The translations under genes were made by a program, and so were the position numbers. The notes under the pieces are model-generated. The model saw nothing but the letters and a program-made list of their open reading frames with translations. It did no database searches and was not told where the DNA came from. Positions 55,071 to 64,000 of a DNA stretch of 64,000 nucleotides are shown here, piece after piece (within the stretch, counting starts at the first letter, position 1; each line of letters opens with the position of its first letter). The stretch comes from Paraspadella gotoi (taxonomy: Eukaryota > Animalia > Chaetognatha), in the NCBI GenBank assembly GCA_051294375.1, contig CM119263.1, positions 18,376,628 to 18,440,627 on the forward strand. The letters run 5' to 3'.

Positions 55071-55696
55071 CCTCCCAAAAACCGACCCTCAACATCAGAC
55101 GAAAGAAAAAACGATCCCATGAATCCGTCTTAAGTCTTAACGCGAATTCAGTTTCCTTCGGGCGCCAGAGTGGGCGTGGCCTTGTTCTCCTGCCTCCCTT
55201 TTTTGATGACCTCTCATCCAACCAAGGTCGATCTTAACTCTTCACTCTTTCACGACCCATTTTTTCTCGAACCCAGACTTCTTCTTCATTTCCCCAACCT
55301 TCGCTCCAAGGAATTTTTTTTTTCAAACCGAGAAATTTCACATTTTCTGACTCATTTATTCTTTAACTAAACTCCCCACTTTTTTTTCCGCCATTTTATT
55401 TTTTTAACGATCCAATGTCTCCGTTTTCAACCAAGGCGCCCGGATCCTCTCTACCTTTCGCCATCCAGTCTTTCTATTTACCTCTTTACCTTTCTTGAAC
55501 CCAACCTGCAGTAGAAACAAACCCCGAGGCCATCGTCAACTACATACGTTTCTGCCGCTTCACGCCGACCGCCCCTACCCCGCCGCCCCCGCAGCCGGCC
55601 CTTCGTGCCCGACCCGACGGGCATGCCCGAATGACTTAACGGCGCCCTTTCTCTCGCTCAGCCGATCCATCTGCTGTTTGTTCACCATTTTTATCC

Positions 55697-55776
<80 letters not shown>

Positions 55777-56043
55777 CCCGCGCATTCTCGCGACCTCGCC
55801 AACCGTGCATCCAAGTCCCCAAAGGCCCCGAACGAGCATTTCCTTTTTTTTTCCTCCTTGGAGTCCAATTTGGCGACGGACGGTGGAATCACGAAGCATC
55901 GCGTCTGCCGTTGCCAAGGACGCGTCGATGATGATGATGATGATGAAAATGAAAAATTGCGACAGCATGAAATGAATGATCAGTAGAGTAGGGAAATGTG
56001 GAGAGAGAGAGAAGAGACGAGAGAGAGGAGAGAGGAGAGGATT

Positions 56044-56075
<32 letters not shown>

Positions 56076-56933
56076 AGAGAGACGACAGAGAGAGAGAGAG
56101 AAGAGAGAAGAGAAGATAAAAAGATAAAAGAGATTATAAAGTCGTTACACCTTGCCGTAGTCTACGGCGTAGATGATTTGAAGAAAAAGACTTCGACCCA
56201 TTTAAAAAAAAAAAGAATTCCATTCGGTCCTTTCTATGAAAAGTACGCGCAAGCGTAAACCGTTCGGAATGATTGATGGAGTCTTTTTTTCTTTCATTTT
56301 TTTCCTCCCAAGTCTCATTTTTCATCGGCGTTTAAAAAGCGTCAATCAATCGATCAATCAATCATTTTTTTACGGCCGCCGTGATTGGCCGAGTGGCGAT
56401 GGAGTATAAGTGTTTTATGCGTCGAAGTTAATCGTTCGATTGAAAAGTATGGAGCTGGAGGTGGACCAAGCAGACCACGGAAGCAAGATCGCATGACGGA
56501 AGCTTTTTCTCCAAAGCATTTATTAAGTAAAGTTCGTGAATACAGTATGTAATTTAGGCAAAACATTAGTTAGATGGCGCAAAATCTTTTACTCAGGAAT
56601 AAGTCAACGTCTTTGATTCTTTAATTAAATTTGTTTATACATTGTTTACTCATTGTTTATTCATTTGAATCGAAAACCCTTTTTTATTTTCCCTGGAAAC
56701 CAAAACATCACACGAGCTTCATTCATCGACCAAGAACTGAACCAAAAGAGAATTTCTCGTCAAAGAATCAGTGAATGAAAATCCAATTAAACCAGATTTT
56801 TCAAACTCATTTATTTTTCTTCTCCATCGATTCTTTTGTCTTTAAAAATTTTCGTTTCTCTGTTCATTTGTTTTTTTTTTCTAAAATTTTCGCTTCGTCG
56901 AACCGACGGCGCGTGACTCTGAAGGACAAAAAG

Positions 56934-57000
<67 letters not shown>

Positions 57001-57199
57001 AACTATTTTTACAGATAGAAAAAGAGAAAGAACCAGGGAAAGCGTATGGGAAAGAGTAAAAAAGGAAACATGCAAAAACAGAATAAAAAAGGATTTTAAA
57101 CAAGACTAATGACCAAAATATCAACGACACAAACGCGGGACTAAGCAAAAAAGAGGTGTCGGCAAAATGTTGTACAAGATCAAAATGAGCGATATGGAG

Positions 57200-57202
57200 A
57201 GA

Positions 57203-57248
<46 letters not shown>

Positions 57249-58189
57249 TAAAACGTGAAATGTCAACGCCATATGGCGTCAGAATAAAGGTTTTAAAATT
57301 CATCTTGCTTCTTATTAAGAATGTAAAGTCTTGGAAAGTCACAGAAACAGCGTCGTCATTTTAAAAACATAACTAATATGAAAAACGCGAGTTCTATCTC
57401 TCTCTTCCTCCCTCATCCTCTACTAAGGCGTAGTGAAAGTTACATACGAAAATTCTAAAAGTCAATTTATGAATACATACCATCCAGTAAACATTAATTT
57501 GTAAAAAAAAAAAATTCATTTTTATGTTTTTAATTATTCGCAATAGGCTATTATTTATATATAGTACTATCCTTATAAAATCAAAAATTTTTCAAAATAG
57601 GACTTTTCTTAATTTTGATTGCAGATTTTGGATTCCTCGTCAAAAGTTGATAAAAGAAAATATAAATACATTTTTAAAAAATTCTTTCATTAAGTGGGTA
57701 AAAATTAAAAAAAATATATTTAATATATAAAAATTAAATTTTCACCTTAAAATATAGCTTTTTTAACATTTTTGACCCACTTAATGAAAGATTTTTCAAA
57801 AAGAATTATATTTTCTTTTGTCAACATTTTTATGACGAATCCAAATCTGCCAAAAAATCTAAGAAAAAACTGTTTTAAAATTTTAACATTTATTGGTTTA
57901 GTACTAGTATAAATATGGCCTACTGCGTAAATTGTAAAATTTATTATAAATTTTTTATTACATAAAGGTGTCATTTAGTATAATGTTGTTCGTTCTCACT
58001 TTAGAATTTTAATTAAAGTTAAATAGAAATTTTACTACGCCTTATCCTCTTACTCCCCATTCCCAGCTTTCTTTCATCTTTCTTATTCCTTCGAAAAAAC
58101 ATAGAAACCATAAACGTTTCTTCCATTTCCCACTCTCCATAATTTGACGCCGTCCCTTGGGCTCAGTGTAGCCTTTCTCTCTTCTCTCT

Positions 58190-58244
<55 letters not shown>

Positions 58245-58430
58245 CTCTCTCCTCATCCTCTCATCTCTTTTCGTCTACTTTCAAAGGTCATTTTTAAATC
58301 CAAATCCACAAAAGTTCCTAAATATTCGCTCTTAATCTATTTGGACAATCAAAGTTAGGATTTCAGTTCTCAAGCTTTGACTTTGCTTGGATAATCCAAA
58401 TACGCGGAAGAGCCAGCAAAAAGGGAGAGA

Positions 58431-58477
<47 letters not shown>

Positions 58478-59031
58478 AGGAGAGAGAGAGAGAGCAGAGA
58501 GAGAGAAGAGAGAAAGAGAGGCAGGTGCAGACGAAACATGACGGCGGAGAGAAGCGAATAGAGAGAAGCAGAGAATATAGAGAGAGAGAGATGATAGAAA
58601 GAGAGAGAGAGTCGAACCGGCGACGACGTCAGTGAGCGGTTGAAAGAATGTTTGATGGAAAGTTCTCTGTCCGGTTTGGACGGCGAATGAAAATATCGAG
58701 GAGTGAAATATTTCTTCCGACTACTCTGGCGCGAACGGCGAAGATGAGAAAGACGACGACGACGACGAAAGCGCGAAACAAATGAGGGCGGGAAGACATC
58801 GACTTACCATCTGTTGAACGAACTCACCTTCGCTCAGATTTCGACGTCTAAAAAACTTTATTCCTTTATTCTTTCCATAAAATTTCCATAACATTTCTCT
58901 TTCTTTACTAAGACCTTTTTCTTTTATTCCAACTTTTCCTTTTCCTCTCTGCTTTTCCTCTTTTCCTCTTATTCTCTTCTCCTTTCCATCACCAACTGAG
59001 CTTCGCGGTCCAATATTTATCTTTCCACTTT
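57200..59031 (+). repeat. Direct duplication, copy 1 (partner 59057 to about 61023)
   Basis: TAAAACGTGAAATGTCAACGCCATATGGCG ... CTTTCCACTTT repeated across the 25-N gap. Confidence 0.93.
57425..58043. mobile_element. AT-rich foldback / Mutator-like non-autonomous element (MITE)
   Basis: Termini AAGGCGTAGT / ACTACGCCTT. Imperfect internal symmetry (TCTTTCATTAAGTGGGT vs ACCCACTTAATGAAAGA; GCAGATTTTGGATTC vs GAATCCAAATCTGC). Flanked by ATCCTC-TACT / ATCCTCTTACT (apparent 10-11-bp TSD). Confidence 0.72.
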
Positions 59032-59056
59032 NNNNNNNNNNNNNNNNNNNNNNNNN
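59032..59056. other. Assembly gap (25 N)
   Basis: Run of 25 N between direct duplicates. Confidence 0.99.
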
Positions 59057-61023
59057 GAGAGATGAGAGAGAAGAGAAAGAGAGAAGGAGGTAAAACGTGA
59101 AATGTCAACGCCATATGGCGGTCAGAATAAGGTTTTAAAAATTCATGCTTGTCTATCTTATTTAAGAATGTAAAGTCTTGGAAAGTCACAGAAACAGCGT
59201 CGTCATTTTAAAAAACCATAACTAATATTGAAAAACACGCGAGTTTCTAAGTCTCTTCTTCCTACCCTCAATCTTCTACTAAGGCGTAGTGAAAGTTACT
59301 ATGTCATACTTGAAATGATGGAGCCTAACCCAGCTCAAATAGTCAGCAAGTCTTATATTAATGTAATAATTTATTGGTTACATTAGCAACAGTCAATTTT
59401 GTCATAATCATATTAATTTGTAAAAAAAAAAAATTCATTTTATGTTTTTAATATTTCGCAATAGGCTATATTTATATATAGTACTATCCTTCATAAAAAT
59501 CAAACAAATTTTTCAAAATAGGCCTTTTCTTAATTTTGATTGCAGATTTGGATTCCTCGTCAAAGAGTTGATAAAAAGAAAAATATAAAATTAATTTTTA
59601 AAAAATTCTTTATCATTAAAGTGGGGTAAAAATATTAAAAAAAATATATTTAAATATAAAAATTAATTTTCACACTTAAAGATATAGCTTTTTTAACATT
59701 TTTTGACCCACTTAATGAAAGATTTTTCAAAAGAGAATTATATTTTTTTTGTCAAACATTTTATGACGAATGCCAAATCTGCCAAAAAATCGTAAGAAAA
59801 AACTGTATTTGAAAATTTTAACATTTATTGGTTTAGTACTAGGTATAGAATATGGCTACTGCGTAAATGTGTAAAATTTGTAATATAATATTTTTTATTA
59901 CATAAATGTTCATTAGTATAATGTTGTCATCGTTCTCACTGTTAGAATTTTAATTAAAGTTAAATTAGAAATTTTAACTTACGGGCCTTATCCTCTTACT
60001 CCCCATTCCATGCTTTCTTTCATCTTTCTTTATTCCTTTTCGAAAAACATAGAACCATAAAACGTTCTTCCATTTCCCCATCTCCATAATTTTGACGCCT
60101 GTCCCTTGGGCTCAGGTAGCCTTTCTCTTGTCTCTCATCTCTCTCCTCTCTCTCTCTCTCTCTATCTCTCTCATCTCTCTTCTCTCTCTCTCTCTCTCAC
60201 TCTTCACTATCTAACTCTTCTTAAATTGACGATCCGCCTACTTCAAAGGTCATTGTTTAATATCCCAAATCTCACAAAAGGTTCGCTAAATATTCGCTCT
60301 TATCTATTTGGACAATCAAAGTTAGGATTTCAGTTTCTCAAAGCTTTGACTTTGCTTGGATAATCAAATACGCGCGAAGAGCCAGCAAAAAGGAGGAGAA
60401 AGAGAGAAGCAAGAGAGAAGAGAGAAGAGAGAGAGTAGAGAGAGAGAAGGAGAGAGAGAGAGAGAGAGCAGAGAGAGAGAGAAGAGAGGAGAGGCAGGTG
60501 CAACGAAAACATGACGCGGAGAGAGCGAATAGAGAGAAAGAAGATGAGAATACGAAGAGAGAAGATGAGAAAGAGAGAGAGAGTCGAACCGGCGACGACG
60601 TCAGTGAGCGGTTGAAGAATGTTTGATGAAAGTTCTCTGTCCGGTTTGGACGGCGGATGAAAATATCGAGGAGTGAAATATTTTCTTCACGACTACTCTT
60701 GGCGCGGAACGGCGAGAGAGATAGACGACGACGACGACGACGAAGAGACGGAAACAAATGGGCGGGAAACATCGACTTACCATCTGTTTGAACGAACTCA
60801 CACTTCGCTCAGATTTCGACGTCTAAAAAAAACCTTTAATTCCTTTCATTCCTTTCCAATAAAAATTTCCATACATTTCTCTTTCTTTATACCTAAGACC
60901 TTTTTCCTTTTAATTCCAACTTTTCCTTTCCCTCTCCTGCTTTCCATCTTTCACTTTATTCTTTCTCCTTTCCAATCAACCAACGGAGCTTCGACGGTAC
61001 CCAATAATTTATCTTCGCACTTT
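59057..61023 (+). repeat. Direct duplication, copy 2 of 57200-59031
   Basis: Collinear and insertion-rich. Confidence 0.93.
59281..59989. mobile_element. Second (duplicate) copy of the foldback element
   Basis: Same termini (right end noisy) and flanks as 57425-58043; the left internal segment differs. Confidence 0.65.
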
Positions 61024-62666
61024 AACTTTTAGCTTTTTCCACACTTTCTCCTTTACGTTCAACGTTCAAACGTCTGCAGGCGCCTTTTTTCCTCCTTTAA
61101 TTTTTTCTTCTCTTTTTTCCCCTTTTCAATTTCTTTTTTTTTGCTTTCATGTTACATACCAGTTTTCATTTCCTTTTTTTTTTTAATCATTTTTTTTCTC
61201 TTAAAGTTTTCCATACATATTTCTTTCCCTCTCAAACCTCCTTCCTCAAATATCTTCTCGACTTTTTCTCATTTTACGCAACAAAAAGTGTCATTCAGTC
61301 TCTTTAAATTCTCATCGAAAATCAATCTTTAGATTTTTTTTCCCTACTTTAAAAAAAAATGAAAAAAAATATCCTCTTTTCTCCCTTTTTTTTTATATAA
61401 AAAAGGTTTTAAGCTTTTCCTCGGATCTACTTCACCCGTGGTGAAAATCCTATTTTCTCTCTCCTACTGTTTTTCCTTTTTTTCGGTCGTTTTCGTTTTC
61501 CTTCATTCGCTCTCTGTTTTCCTTTTTCTGTTTTCCTTTTTCTGTTTTCCTATCTTGCCATTCCTGATCTCCCAATATCTTAGCTTTAACTCCTCTACCC
61601 ATGTTTCCCATTTTCACGATCCTCCACCCATACCCCCCATCCCCCATCCCCCTTCCTCGTCTCCGCCTCCGATTTCCGGTTGAAATCCGCGTCACCTTTC
61701 GTCACAATCCGAGAAACGCTGACGTTTTTTTTTCCATGAGGAAGAGGAGGAAAACTCTGGAGGAACCTCCTTCGAATCGACCACGCTGTATTCTTCCACC
61801 ATGGCAAATTGGCAATGGTACTTGCTGACTAACATACCTCCAAGTCGACAGAGAAAATTTGTTGGGGCATTCCTTGTCCACCCATGTGTTTAGATATATT
61901 AATCATAAATAGCTATCGCATCTCAAAGTCTCACAATAACCAAACTCACAAGTCACAACCTCTCTCTCTTCACGCTTTCCTTTCGACCTCCACTCACTCG
62001 CGACCTTCCACGTCATAACTGATAACGCGACTCGCAACAAAGCCTAATCCCATCGTCATTCCTCACCCGCACCGCCACGCCCACTCCCGGTTTTTACTTA
62101 TCTCCTCTTTCAAGTCGCTCCTGGCGCCGACCAGATCCGGTTTAGCGTCTGAAACGTCGTCCGTCCGCTCGTTTCCCGGTTTCGGATCTCTAAGCCGAGA
62201 CTCAAAATGTTGCTCTTATCATTTCAATCTTTTTTTTCCTCCCCGAGTTTTATGAGTTTACCTTGGTTGAATTGCCTCCGGTTTGCGAGGCTGGATTGTC
62301 TACAGAATTGTCAGTCGGATGCCAGCTTGGATTGTCGTTACCATTAACTCAATGGATTATGAAGATTCTGTTTCATAGGAGGGTGCTGCTGTTATTGCGA
62401 TTGTTCGATCTTTGCCTACGGTTGGTGCCAATGAGACTGCAGCTGCTTCGTTCGCCTCATTCTCCGCGGTAAAACTTTTTTTCCCTCCCGGCCTCTTTTA
62501 GCTCACGCCGTCCACTTCACCCACATTTCCGGTGTCACGCTGCCACGCTTCTACGCTGCCACGCCCCCTCGCACTCCCTCGACCCCCAGACTTTGGAATC
62601 TCAACTCGACAATTTTTCTTTTTTCTTTCCGCGAACTGGTCACTGACGTCGTCGCCGGTTCGACTC
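60581..62666. mobile_element. Candidate ~2.1-kb element bounded by exact 27-bp inverted repeats
   Basis: GAGTCGAACCGGCGACGACGTCAGTGA (60581-60607; also 58609-58635) and its exact reverse complement at 62640-62666, each abutting an outward (GA)n/(TC)n tract. No transposase seen. Confidence 0.4.
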
Positions 62667-62667
62667 A

Positions 62668-62754
<87 letters not shown>

Positions 62755-64000
62755 AAATGGAGAGTCTGTCTTTGACAGATTCTGAATAAAAAATAAAGCG
62801 AATTCGCGAGGCGATCTTTACAGAATAAAACATTTTTCAAATCTTTTTTTTTTTGTGGAGGAAAGGGGGGCGGAGGAGGAGAATGAAGAGGAAGGGGAAT
62901 ATAAAGGCTTCGTGTTTTCTTGTTTGTAAATATTTCAACGTCGTCGTCGATCGGAGAGAAACTGGGATCGTCAACGGCAGAGACTCTGGGGCATCGACGA
63001 CCAATATATCGCCCGGGTCTTTCAATGTCATTCGTAATTTTGGTAGAAAAGAAAGAAGAAAGAAGAAGGGCAATCGACATCATAGTCATCGTCGTCAACA
63101 TCGTCGTTACTTTTTCTCTTCCCGGTTGCCGATCTTGTCTCAATTCTTTGCTTTTTTACGACCGACGTCATTTTACCGTTTTTATACTTCGTCGTCGCCG
63201 TCGTCGTCGCCGTCGTCGCCGTCGTCGTCGCCGTCGTCGTCGCCGTCGTCGTCGCCGTCGTGACTGTTGGCGTGGACCCTTTTCGATTCAAAATGTTCAT
63301 TGATTCGCGTAAAAACGTCGAGTTCAGCGACCTTCGACGTTTGGTCACTGAATTATGATCGTCGTCGTCGTTTTCGTCGTTGGCGTCAACATCGTCGTTG
63401 TCTGTACACATGAAAATAAAATAGGCGATGAAGCGATTTCGGATATGATTTCCGTTTTTACGTTAGAAAAGTTTAAATATCGAAAGCGACCCGTCTACCA
63501 GCTGTTAGTGGAATCGCATAGCATAAGTTTGTGTTTCAGACTTCCGGGTTTTTTCAACTTTTTCAACTTAAGAGAAAATCCTCTGAAAAATACTAATACT
63601 TATCATCGAGTCCAACTTCATTTTTTCTCTATTTTGTTCCTCTGGATTTCGTTTTTTCTTTTGTTCTTTTGTTGTTTTGTTCCGTTTTCCGTGTCGATTA
63701 CGGCACCCGAGAGACGAAAACGACGACGACGACCGTTAAAACGACGACGAGAATAATAAAACAAAAGTTTCTCTCCTCCATTTTTTCGATCGCGGATCGA
63801 AACCCCAAAAAATCGAAAAACCGTCAAAAAAAATGTTGTTTTTTACGTATTTTTAAACAGTTTAGATGAATGTCATTTTATTTATTTTTGTTCGAATGAA
63901 AAGTATAATCTCATCTTTATTTCTATCTCGCAGAAAACGCCAAAATCTCACTAGTCAAAAAAAGATCGTCAATCCCGCCAAAATATCCAACAACGTTTTA

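Overview
Eukaryotic, probably invertebrate-like, non-coding DNA. It is AT-rich, not visibly CpG-depleted, and saturated with (GA)n, (TCG)n and (CTTT)n microsatellites. Nearly all listed ORFs are translations of these repeats, and no protein-coding gene can be identified. Five gaps of exactly 25 N are each flanked by noisy duplicates of neighbouring sequence: one inverted duplication, two direct duplications and one triplicated block. This points to long-read gap-filling or haplotype artefacts, so a large part of the window is redundant. The most interesting content is an ~8.6-kb block (about 7250-15850) holding a GC-rich structured island with a twister-ribozyme-like motif (9538-9615 and 10981-11056), an AT-rich spacer, and a ~3.9-kb array of a ~70-bp palindrome-containing unit. 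Other supported items are a perfect 43-bp-arm hairpin, a foldback/Mutator-like element with an apparent target-site duplication (TSD), a tRNA-derived SINE-like head, canonical RFX X-boxes, several minisatellites and one candidate small exon. All alignments and folds were done by eye.
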